DNA of 10,101 nucleotides from IMG/VR virus record IMGVR_UViG_2617270959_000008; one strand, written 5' to 3'. Of this stretch, positions 1 to 7,900 are shown in pieces (positions within the stretch are counted from its first letter, which is position 1; every line of letters begins with the position of its first letter). The notes below the pieces were generated by a model. That model was not told where the DNA came from. It made no database searches and saw nothing but the letters and a program-made list of their open reading frames with translations. This DNA is from a virus. Lineage: Duplodnaviria > Heunggongvirae > Uroviricota > Caudoviricetes. Position numbers and translations under genes: made by a program.

Positions 1-1112
1 TTACGCGCCAGGTCAAAGGCCAGAATGCACGGCTGCCCCTCGAACTGCTCAAGGGTCAGTGATTTATCCTCGCAGCTCTGCCAGCTCACCAGGTTGAAAT
101 ACGCCGAACGCGCCGACACCCAGATATTGAGGTGTTTTGTTTTAAAGACGTTTGCCAGACGGGCGTTATTTTTCGCACGCTGCTGCTGACTTAACAAAAA
201 TTCGCGATAAACCGACACGCCAATATTTGGATTGGCTTTTTCCAGCACCTGCGGGTCGGTCCAGTCGTCACCTTCATCAACGGTATAGATGATCCCGAAC
301 AGTTCATCGTTGGGTACCGAACCGTTGAGCATCTCGATGACTTCCCGCCGCTTGTCGTAGCACGGCCCCTCAATGTTGTACCCGGCGGTGGTGATGGCCC
401 ACATCAGTGGCTGACGTCGCGCCCCCATCCCGGTAAGCATCGTGGTATAAAGCGCATCGGTGGCGTGCTCGTGATATTCATCCACCACCGCACAGTGGGG
501 TGATGAACCATCACCAGGGTTACCGATCAGCGGTTCAAACCGCGCGCCATCCTCCGGACGGTTCATGTTTGAGGCGTTAACCTCAATCCCGAACGCTTCC
601 GTCAGCATGGGTGTGCGTTTACACATCAGTCGCGCCGGGCGAAAGACTTCCCACGCCTGTTTCTCTGTCGTGGCACCGGAATACACTTCCGCGCCAAACT
701 CGTTATCACAGGCAAAACAATACAGGGCAACACCGGCAGAGATTGCTGATTTGCCGTTCTTACGGGGGATTTCGGTATACACCTCCCGGAAGCGGCGCAA
801 CCGGGTGCCTTTATTGACCCAGCCAAACGCACAGCAGATCACAAATAGCTGCCACGGCTCCAGCGTGATGGGCATCCGTTTGAATGCCCACTCACCCTTG
901 GTGTGCGGCAACAGCTGAATAAATTTCGCGGCCCGTTCAGCCAGGTCCTTGTCGAAGCGGTAACGAAACGACTTACTTTTTTCCGCCATCAGGTCATCAA
1001 GATGGCGCTGGCAGGCCTGAATCACAAACTGGCAGGCCACAATCTTTCCGCGCACGACATCACGGGCATACTGATTGGCTGCATTTACGTTGGGGTAAGA
1101 TTTCCGGCTCAT
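1..1112 (-). CDS. Phage terminase large subunit, N-terminal 370 codons (gene continues beyond the window start)
   Basis: I checked every minus-strand codon from 1112 down to 3 and found no stop; the ORF track omits it because it runs off the window edge. The ATG at 1112-1110 overlaps the small-terminase stop in an ATGA arrangement. The translation begins [20 protein letters not shown] and contains a Walker-A-like PRKNGKS and a Walker-B-like [10 protein letters not shown], typical of Terminase_1-type large subunits. Confidence 0.85.
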   Translation of the reverse strand, partial: MSRKSYPNVNAANQYARDVVRGKIVACQFVIQACQRHLDDLMAEKSKSFRYRFDKDLAERAAKFIQLLPHTKGEWAFKRMPITLEPWQLFVICCAFGWVNKGTRLRRFREVYTEIPRKNGKSAISAGVALYCFACDNEFGAEVYSGATTEKQAWEVFRPARLMCKRTPMLTEAFGIEVNASNMNRPEDGARFEPLIGNPGDGSSPHCAVVDEYHEHATDALYTTMLTGMGARRQPLMWAITTAGYNIEGPCYDKRREVIEMLNGSVPNDELFGIIYTVDEGDDWTDPQVLEKANPNIGVSVYREFLLSQQQRAKNNARLANVFKTKHLNIWVSARSAYFNLVSWQSCEDKSLTLEQFEGQPCILAFDLAR

Positions 1113-1603
1113 GACTCGATGATTTTCAGAAACGGGTTAGTGGCTTTCTTCTGCCCCGCCAGGCCAATCAGACGCTGGCGGCTGCTGGGGTCGAGTCCGA
1201 GCATTGCCCCCGTGCTGCTCATCTCGGACTCCTGTTCTTTCTTGGCGGTCAGCTCCGGGTTTTTGACCCTGCCACCCATTGCACCGGTAATGGTGTTGCC
1301 CTGGCTGGCAATATTTTTCACGGCACGTCGCCAGAACTCATAGGCCACGCACCAACGCTCAAGCACCGCGAGGTCAGTCACGCACAGCAGCCCCTGACCA
1401 CAGAGTTCTTTGGTTGTCAGCTGCCACATGATCGTGGCGAGAGGGAGATTTTCTTCTGCGAACCACTCCGGTGGCTCAACACCTTTGATGGGCGTAAAAA
1501 CAGGTTCATCTTTGTTCAGGGCTCGCTTGCCGGGGTTTCCGGCCAGCGCCTTGCGCGCCGTTGGCTTGGGGCGACGCCCGGAACGCCCCGCCGTTCCAGC
1601 CAT
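1109..1603 (-). CDS. Phage terminase small subunit, P27-family-like
   Basis: The ORF track gives 1109..1612 with a GTG start. An ATG at 1603-1601 is preceded by AGGAG with an 8-nt spacer, so I place the start there. The N-terminus ([25 protein letters not shown]) matches my recollection of the conserved P27-family opening. Position immediately upstream of the large terminase fits. Confidence 0.8.
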   Translation of the reverse strand: MAGTAGRSGRRPKPTARKALAGNPGKRALNKDEPVFTPIKGVEPPEWFAEENLPLATIMWQLTTKELCGQGLLCVTDLAVLERWCVAYEFWRRAVKNIASQGNTITGAMGGRVKNPELTAKKEQESEMSSTGAMLGLDPSSRQRLIGLAGQKKATNPFLKIIES

Positions 1604-1612
1604 ATGCGGCAC

Positions 1613-1728
1613 TCCTGGTTAAATTTCATTTTTCGCGGGTATAAAAAAACGATGGGGCGGGCAGTCCGGAAGACGTCAGGTCACAGAGATTTGCCCCGCC
1701 CCTCCCATCAGACAGTTGAGAATTATTA
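1613..1728. other. Intergenic region between HNH endonuclease and small terminase; candidate cos/packaging-initiation region with a GC-rich inverted repeat
   Basis: GGGGCGGG (1654-1661) pairs with CCCGCCCC (1695-1702) as an 8-bp G/C stem around a 33-nt spacer. In HK97-like phages cos lies between the HNH gene and the small terminase gene (established knowledge); the cut site itself cannot be identified by eye. Confidence 0.3.
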
Positions 1729-2079
1729 TCACTTCAGCCGTTCACGGGCCGTCTTCGCCTTATGACAAGGCCAGCACAGACTCTGCAGATTACAGTCGGC
1801 ATCAGTGCCGCCATGCGCTTTAGGGATGATGTGGTCAACGGTTTTCGCCTCACGCACCACACCAGCACGCAGACATAACTGACACAGTCCTTTATCACGC
1901 TTCAGCACGCACGCGCGGATAACATCCCACTTCGAACCGTAGCCGCGCTGGTGACGGGATTGTCTAGGTTTGTACTGCTTCCAGCCTTCGCTTTTGTGGC
2001 TTTCGCAGTAGCCTGACGGGTCTGTGGTTATAGAGCGGCAGCCGCGAACACGGCAGGCTTTTGGCGTTCGTGGTGGCAT
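1729..2079 (-). CDS. HNH endonuclease, terminase-associated (HK97 gp74-like position)
   Basis: 116-aa ORF with a GAGGGGAG ribosome-binding site 8 nt upstream of the ATG. It has an N-terminal Cys cluster (CRVRGC...CESH) and an HNH motif (DHIIPKAHGG...NLQSLCWPCHKAKT). It sits directly upstream of the terminase genes. Confidence 0.85.
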   Translation of the reverse strand: MPPRTPKACRVRGCRSITTDPSGYCESHKSEGWKQYKPRQSRHQRGYGSKWDVIRACVLKRDKGLCQLCLRAGVVREAKTVDHIIPKAHGGTDADCNLQSLCWPCHKAKTARERLK

Positions 2080-2207
2080 GATAGGCTCCCCTCGTAAATG
2101 AGGTGATACACAAAATGAAACAAAAAAATACTGGTAGTACCAGCATCCTAAATTACAGATTCCATAACATGCTCAATGCTGCTAATGGCAAGAAAGGATG
2201 TTTTTAA

Positions 2208-2420
2208 ATGACAAGCGATAATCTGGACTCCAAGCCCACAATTGAAGATGTTGATTTCAAGCATTTGATCTGCGTCGCAGGAGGAATCATCGAGGATCTA
2301 AAAGGCCCATTTATATTCAAGGCTCCAGAAAATATTAGGCGATTACTTAATCATAAGGGAGTGAATGAAATAAGTAATCTCTCTCAAAAATTTAATGCAG
2401 ATTCTCCATCTTGCTATTAG
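2208..2420 (+). CDS. Hypothetical small protein (70 aa) in AT-rich island A
   Basis: ATG preceded by AAAGGA about 9 nt upstream; AT-rich; convergent with the 2497-3090 gene. No recognisable motif. Could be spurious. Confidence 0.4.
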   Translation: MTSDNLDSKPTIEDVDFKHLICVAGGIIEDLKGPFIFKAPENIRRLLNHKGVNEISNLSQKFNADSPSCY

Positions 2421-2496
2421 AGTTCAGCAGCAGGCACTCAGTGAATGCCTGCTGTAACGACTACTCCAATAATAATGGATGCTCTATGGATACATA

Positions 2497-3090
2497 CTAA
2501 AATATGGATGTTAAATAATTGCTAAGTCTTTTTGCATTCTTACAGAATGCCAAAGCATCTTCCTGAGTACATAAGAGCTTTCCTTGGGATATAGGCTTAA
2601 TAGACTCTCCTGTTTTTTCATAGAGCTTAACAATGTCACTAGAAATTTTGTTTGCAGATTGGACATTTTTCAAGGCAGCGATACCTGAAGCCCGCCCTAA
2701 AGATGTCCCGTTGATCTCAATCCCCTTTTTAGATGCAAGCGTTATAGCGGTTAACTCCAATTCGCGCCAAGCTGAAAGTACAGCAACATTAGGCTGAGTA
2801 CTAGCAAGACTCTCAAAAATATTGAAATTCTCAATGAGTTGTGTCGGCAGGACAGGATTTGTTCCAGGTAAATTTTTAATAACCTCTATACTTTTAGATT
2901 CTATTTCAAACATTTCTTTTTTAAATTTAATCTCATAGTCACCTAGCTTAACTGTATTAAGACGACCTAAAACCATTATTATTTCTTTTTTTAAAGTAAA
3001 AAAGACAATCAAACAAGCAAGAACAATAAATAAAACATTGCCTTCTTTAAGAAGCATCTCTATCCAGTAAAAAAAAGTATAGTCCGTCAT
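2497..3090 (-). CDS. Hypothetical membrane-anchored protein (197 aa, one N-terminal transmembrane helix); moron-type accessory gene of unknown function
   Basis: Long ORF in very AT-rich DNA, where stops are frequent by chance. A hydrophobic helix (NVLFIVLACLIVFFTL) near the N-terminus is followed by a soluble domain. It occupies the slot between the spanins and the HNH/terminase genes. A possible sigma70-like promoter lies upstream on the minus strand (GTGATA -35 at plus 3144-3149, 17-bp spacer, TATACT -10 at plus 3121-3126). Confidence 0.65.
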   Translation of the reverse strand: MTDYTFFYWIEMLLKEGNVLFIVLACLIVFFTLKKEIIMVLGRLNTVKLGDYEIKFKKEMFEIESKSIEVIKNLPGTNPVLPTQLIENFNIFESLASTQPNVAVLSAWRELELTAITLASKKGIEINGTSLGRASGIAALKNVQSANKISSDIVKLYEKTGESIKPISQGKLLCTQEDALAFCKNAKRLSNYLTSIF

Positions 3091-3284
3091 TTTCAGTTCT
3101 CAAATAGAAATAGTTCTCTCAGTATACGTATATTGAGCTCTGCTATCACTTAGTTTATACAACGTTATGCTGGCCACACGCTCGTAGTTGACGTGCATGT
3201 GGCTACTCGCTATTTTAGGTATTTTGGACATCTTCATTAATGCTGAACAGGCACTTCTTGCTGCGGTCTTTCCACTTTACTGCT

Positions 3285-3542
3285 TCATGGCTCACTCTTC
3301 TCTGCTTCAATTTTACGAATATCAGCCTTATCCCTATTACAGGCAGCCAGCACTGACAGCAGGCTCACGTTTAAATCCAGACTATCTTTGTAAGTCAGCG
3401 GATCAGGAATAGCTGGCTGTGGGGTTTCAGCGGTCAGGTTCGCCGGTAGTGGTACCGCCGGAACTGGCACGTAAATTGTCCGCGTACCGGCGCAGCCGCT
3501 CAGTTGCACGAGCAGGAACAAGACGGGAAGCGCAATCATCAT
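3285..3542 (-). CDS. o-spanin (Rz1-like outer-membrane lipoprotein), overlapping the 3' end of Rz in another frame
   Basis: Lipoprotein signal with lipobox LSGC followed by a proline-rich mature region (CAGTRTIYVPVPAVPLPANLTAETPQPAIPDP). It starts inside Rz and extends past the Rz stop (overlapped architecture). The start is ambiguous: ATG at 3542 or TTG at 3548; the ORF-track start at 3608 would give an implausibly long leader. Confidence 0.6.
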   Translation of the reverse strand: MMIALPVLFLLVQLSGCAGTRTIYVPVPAVPLPANLTAETPQPAIPDPLTYKDSLDLNVSLLSVLAACNRDKADIRKIEAEKSEP

Positions 3543-3819
3543 TCTCAACAGCCACTTTGATATCTTCCTGGGTTCTCTGTGACTCCAGTGCGATCTGCTG
3601 TTTTGCATGCTGGTTAGCCTCCAGAACTGTATTTACGATTTGTATTGATTGCAGGACGTTATTGGTAATGGCAGTTGCCGATTCAGCATTTTGTACAGCC
3701 TCATCAGCACGTTTCTTTTCATGCTGATATTTGCTGTAGTAGTAATTCGCTGACCAGATGAAAGAGCCAATGACAGTAAAGAAGAAAGCAGAGATAGCCA
3801 ACTTATAACTCAACTTCAT
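3427..3819 (-). CDS. i-spanin (Rz-like inner-membrane spanin)
   Basis: 130-aa ORF immediately after the endolysin. N-terminal transmembrane helix (LAISAFFFTVIGSFIW) followed by a charged, probably coiled-coil periplasmic region; contains the Rz1-like lipoprotein ORF in another frame. It overlaps the endolysin 3' end by 17 nt. Confidence 0.7.
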   Translation of the reverse strand: MKLSYKLAISAFFFTVIGSFIWSANYYYSKYQHEKKRADEAVQNAESATAITNNVLQSIQIVNTVLEANQHAKQQIALESQRTQEDIKVAVENDDCASRLVPARATERLRRYADNLRASSGGTTTGEPDR

Positions 3820-4279
3820 TTACCACCCCACCAGCCTCTTTAAATCGGGCAATCAGGTCACCGATTCTATGTTCATACTGACCGTAACCAGCGCCCGGCA
3901 GTGAAGCCCAGATATTGCTGCAACGGTCGATAGCCTGACGAATATCACCGCGATCAATCATCGGTAAAGCGCCACGCTCTTTAATCTGTTGCAGTGCCAC
4001 AGCGTCCTGGCTTTTCGGAGAGAAGTCTTTCAGGCCAAGCTGCTTACGATAGGAATCCCACCAACGGGAAAGAAGCTGGTAGCGCCCGGCTGCTGTTGAT
4101 TTGAGTTTGGGGTTTAGCGTGACAAGTTTGCGAGGGTGATCGGAGTAATCAGTAAATAGCTCTCCGCCTACAATGACGTCATAACCATGATTTCTGGTTT
4201 TCTGCCGTCCGTTATCCGTTCCTTCTGACCATGCCACCATATCGAGGAAAGCTTTACGCTGGGAATTTAGTACCTGCAT
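3803..4279 (-). CDS. R: Endolysin, lambda R-type lytic transglycosylase
   Basis: 158-aa product (…NSQRKAFLDM.AWSEGTDNGRQKTRNHGYDVIVGGELFTDYSDHPRKLVTLNPKLKST.AGRYQLLSRWWD.YRKQLGLKDFSPKSQDAVALQQIKERGALPMIDRGDIRQAIDRCSNIWASLPGAGYGQ…) is near-identical over most of its length to bacteriophage lambda R as I recall it. GGAG ribosome-binding site 6 nt upstream of the ATG. Confidence 0.92.
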   Translation of the reverse strand: MQVLNSQRKAFLDMVAWSEGTDNGRQKTRNHGYDVIVGGELFTDYSDHPRKLVTLNPKLKSTAAGRYQLLSRWWDSYRKQLGLKDFSPKSQDAVALQQIKERGALPMIDRGDIRQAIDRCSNIWASLPGAGYGQYEHRIGDLIARFKEAGGVVNEVEL

Positions 4280-4282
4280 AAA

Positions 4283-4609
4283 TTACTCCTTAGAGCCACC
4301 AAACTTATTACCGATTACTCTCATTGCAGCCCCACGAATAGCATCGACACCGATCAACCCAACGCCACCACCAATGGCAACAGAAAGCGATTTAGGCCAT
4401 CCGACATACTCAAGAGCGGATGCAAAAGTCAGCGTCAGAGCGCCACAGAGTAGAATTTCGAGTGTTTTTCGCTTCCAGCCACCACCACCGCCAAAATAGG
4501 CAATGCGCAAACCAGCCATAACGATCGACATAATCACTGCGCCCAGCGGTGTGTCTCCACGCCACCAGCTCTGGACCAACTCCAACCAGGTATTTGGGTT
4601 ATGAGGCAT
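4283..4609 (-). CDS. Holin, class I, lambda S family (divergent)
   Basis: 108-aa ORF immediately upstream of the endolysin. Three predicted transmembrane segments and a charged C-terminus (RVIGNKFGGSKE). The pattern resembles lambda S105 but with low identity. Confidence 0.8.
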   Translation of the reverse strand: MPHNPNTWLELVQSWWRGDTPLGAVIMSIVMAGLRIAYFGGGGGWKRKTLEILLCGALTLTFASALEYVGWPKSLSVAIGGGVGLIGVDAIRGAAMRVIGNKFGGSKE

Positions 4610-4761
4610 TTGTAGTTATCTCTCACCTCGCTGATACAGCAGGTGCAAATTGAGGGAACATCATGTACCGCAAATCAGAAGCGGAAACGTCAAAGAAGCC
4701 GAACCAATGGATAACTGCGGAATAGGCCAGAACCAACGAATCCCCAGCCCCAGAAACGACA

Positions 4762-4782
4762 AAACCCGCTCGACGCGGGTTT
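4762..4782 (-). terminator. Intrinsic-terminator-like hairpin, stronger on the minus strand, about 150 nt upstream of the holin
   Basis: 8-bp stem AAACCCGC (4762-4769) pairs with GCGGGTTT (4775-4782) around a 5-nt loop. On the minus-strand RNA the stem is followed by UUUUGUCGUUUCU. On the plus strand the downstream tract is weaker. Confidence 0.4.
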
Positions 4783-4827
4783 AAGCTGTGTGGCGAAGTA
4801 ACCACTCTTAACACGATACAATACTTT

Positions 4828-4856
4828 TTGCGTACGCGTTAAGATTTTTTTATAAT
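4828..4856 (+). promoter_or_regulatory. Candidate sigma70 promoter for the large island-B gene
   Basis: TTGCGT (4828-4833), 17-bp spacer, consensus TATAAT (4851-4856), about 70 nt upstream of the ATG at 4926. Plausible own promoter for the cargo gene, but AT-rich DNA yields such matches easily. Confidence 0.35.
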
Positions 4857-4925
4857 TACTTACCTTTCTCACACCAAATGTAAAAGCAATATTTTTTGAT
4901 AATCCTGTTGTTTAAAGGGAATAGC

Positions 4926-7900
4926 ATGAAATCAATTGTACACTTATCCGACTTACACTTATCAGACTCAAAAAAATATGGTTTTCACTGGAAGAAAGCC
5001 AAAGAACTGGTCACAGTATTAGTTAATGATATACATTCATTAAGTAAAGAAAACAACCTCCAGATAGATGCCATTTTTTTTACTGGGGATTTAACGTTTT
5101 CTGGAACCAAAGAGCAATTTCAACTATTTGATGAACATTTCCTCTCTCCACTTATTCAAAAGCTGAACATCAGTAAAAAAAACATTTTTATAACCCCAGG
5201 CAATCATGATGTGGACAGAAGTAAAGTTCATCCACTTGAAAAACAACTGCGAACTGGTTCGGACGAAAATTTCATATCATCATACTTTGATATGATAAAT
5301 AATGGAGAGTATTCATGGGAACGTCTCTACGAGTACTGTGAATATAATAAAACAATATTAGATCATCATTCTGATGTTGAACAATCTGGACGCATGATTA
5401 CATGCTTTAAAGTAACAAACAAATTATACGTCGTTAGCGTAAATAGCGCATGGTTAGCTATGGATGATAATGATATTGGTAACTTACGAATTACCCAAAA
5501 GCAAATTGATTTTATCAATCGTGCCAAAATACCTTCTGATGCAAAAATAATATTATTATGCCATCATCCTTTAGATTGGTTGAATAAGAATGATCGTGAC
5601 ATTTTTTCAACATTTATTGAAAAAAAAGTTTCAATGTTCTTTTTTGGTCATATGCATGATTTTAAACAAAAACTAGAATCTAGTTTTTGTGAAAACATCA
5701 CCCTCTTTTTGCAAGCAGGAACTTTGGATACTAGTGAAAATGTATCAGGCTATTCATTAATAAATTTTAATAGTTCAAATGTCATATCAGACGGAAGAAT
5801 TTTTTATAGAAAATATAATAAAGAAAAAACATGCTATGAACCATGGGAAGAAAGAGGAAATGGTGGTGTTTTTGATTTCACCACTGAGAAAACTCTAACT
5901 TTTGACTCTGAAAAATTTGCAACATTATCTAATGAGATTCTAGAGAAAACTGATAAGGATTTATTAATTAACATTGGAATCTCTGATGAAAAGAAAAAAA
6001 GTCTAAGAACTCTATTTACTGAACCAAATTTCCTTGAATTTGCTCTTGGAGCCATGCCTTCTATGGAGATTAAGTCCACACAAGAATTACTAGAAGGACG
6101 AAACAACCTTGTGATTGTAGGAAACCATAGCTCAGGTAAAACATCTCTTTTAAAATACCTATTCATTAAGAGTCTAGAAAAACAGGCCTGCAAAGACTTC
6201 AGTAACTTTGCATTTTTCTTAGATTTAAATGCAATTGAATTAAATAGATTAAATACAATTGTAAGCGCATTATGTACACAATATTTCAATGCAGATTCGA
6301 CCACATCTTTTGAAGAAAAAATTAAAAAAATGTTACATGAGGGAAGATGTGTTATATATATTGATAATCTGGACAATATAAATACAAAAGAACAATGTGT
6401 AATTTCTGATTTTTTTATAAAATTCAAAGAATGTAGATTTATCGTAACTGCTGGCTATAATAATTCAGATCTGGTAGTTAAAATATTATCAGATGAAAGC
6501 AAAGCTAAATTTCATGCAATTGCTATAGGTTCATTACGCAGATCTAATGTTCGCGATATTGTATCAAGATGGCACGACACAACATCACAAAATATAATAT
6601 ACAAAGAAATCACGCGAACAATCAACAATTCGCAACTTCCTCATAATTATTTTACATACTCAATGCTTTTAGCTATTTATGAAGTTGATCATGACGTTAA
6701 AGGAATATTAAGTGAGTCTGATATTATAGAAAACTTCATAGAAATTTTGCTTCGTAAACATTTTATGGATACTCCGCCTAATAAGCCACAATTTAAAGAA
6801 CTTCGGCATTTTCTTGGATATTTAGGATTTACATTATTCAAAAACAAATGTAATTTTATTTCAAATAATGATCTTCTGCAGACTGCAATAATTTTCAATA
6901 GAGATACCATGCATGATTATCAAGTAGAAGACTATATAAAACCATTAAAAGAATGTGGAATATTGAAAGAAGAGCTATGTAATGTGATTTTCTCGCAGCC
7001 TTGCTTTTTATACTATTCCATCGCTTATTTCATGAAGCATAACGAAGAGCTAAAGAAAGAAATTTTATCCGATAATAATTATCTACATCTACATAAAGTT
7101 ATTGAATACTATTCATCGCAGAACTCATCTAGTCTTGATTTATTATACTTACTTAAAAAGAAGACTAATGCAATCAAATCTTCTTTATCTGAACGAATGC
7201 TCGAAGATAAGGGAATAAATATTGAAGATATAAAGATTGAAGACTCTAATACTTTCTCTATTTTAGATATGGTATCAACCCAAGATGATTTCGAAAAAAA
7301 GATAGAATCACTCCGTGCAGATAGAGAAAAAGATGACGCGCGACTAGATGAATTATCACCTTTATCTGATAAAGATAAAAAAGCTAATATATCAAATGTT
7401 AGAGCGGAAGGTAATAATAATCTGTTACATGATCTTATTAACACTTTATCTCTTTATGCAAGGGTATTCCGTAGTACTGAATTATCTATGGAAAGAGAAA
7501 ATATATTAAATATATTTAATGACCTTGTAAAGGGTTATGTTTTTTACATGAAAGCGTCACTAGTACTAATGGATGATTCATTTGTTCTTCCAGTAATACT
7601 CCCTGCATTAGAAAAGAAAATGCAAGAGGATAAATTAACCGATAACGAAAGACAACGAGTTTTTGAAATGTTTAAACTAGTATTGTCTTTAGTTCGCTCA
7701 ATGATCCCAAATAACATACAGTTTATTATGAGCAATGACTTAAGCTCGAAAAAACCACGTATTGCAAACATTATTACTGAATCAAAAGACTCAAATAGCA
7801 ATCCTGTAGAAAAGGCTATTTTAACTTTCACCTTAATGGATATTAAAGATGAAATGGTTATACAATTAGCTAACGATTTAGCAAAGATACAAAACAAAGT

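Noticed and set aside
191-1343. ORF-track entries 191-373 (-), 565-918 (+), 611-817 (+), 626-832 (-), 903-1343 (+) inside the large terminase region
   Set aside because: All overlap the continuous minus-strand large-terminase reading frame (open from 1112 to the window edge) in other frames or on the opposite strand. They have no ribosome-binding sites and Arg/Ser/Pro-rich shadow-ORF composition typical of GC-rich coding DNA.
1410-1622. Plus-strand 70-aa ORF opposite the small terminase
   Set aside because: Antisense shadow ORF of the small terminase gene; no ribosome-binding site and Gly/Arg/Pro-rich composition.
1964-2146. Minus-strand 60-aa ORF overlapping the 5' end of the HNH gene
   Set aside because: Out-of-frame overlap with the well-supported HNH ORF; no independent support.
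3188-3727. Plus-strand ORFs 3188-3412 and 3419-3727, and a TTGACG-17-TATTTT promoter-like match at 3188-3216
   Set aside because: Both ORFs lie antisense to the Rz/Rz1 spanin genes and have shadow-ORF composition. The promoter-like match has nothing plausible to drive and is most likely chance.
4623-4872. Minus-strand ORFs 4623-4814 and 4690-4872 in the holin-upstream intergenic region
   Set aside because: They overlap each other and the terminator-like hairpin at 4762-4782, lack ribosome-binding sites, and sit where a leader or regulatory region is expected.
5834-7897. Antisense ORFs inside the large cargo gene (5834-6427, 6689-6910, 7109-7444, 7544-7897, all minus)
   Set aside because: Each lies opposite the long plus-strand ORF and has low-complexity Ser/Phe/Leu/Ile-rich translations typical of the antisense strand of AT-rich coding DNA, with no ribosome-binding sites. 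The sense ORF's intact enzymatic motifs make it the real gene.
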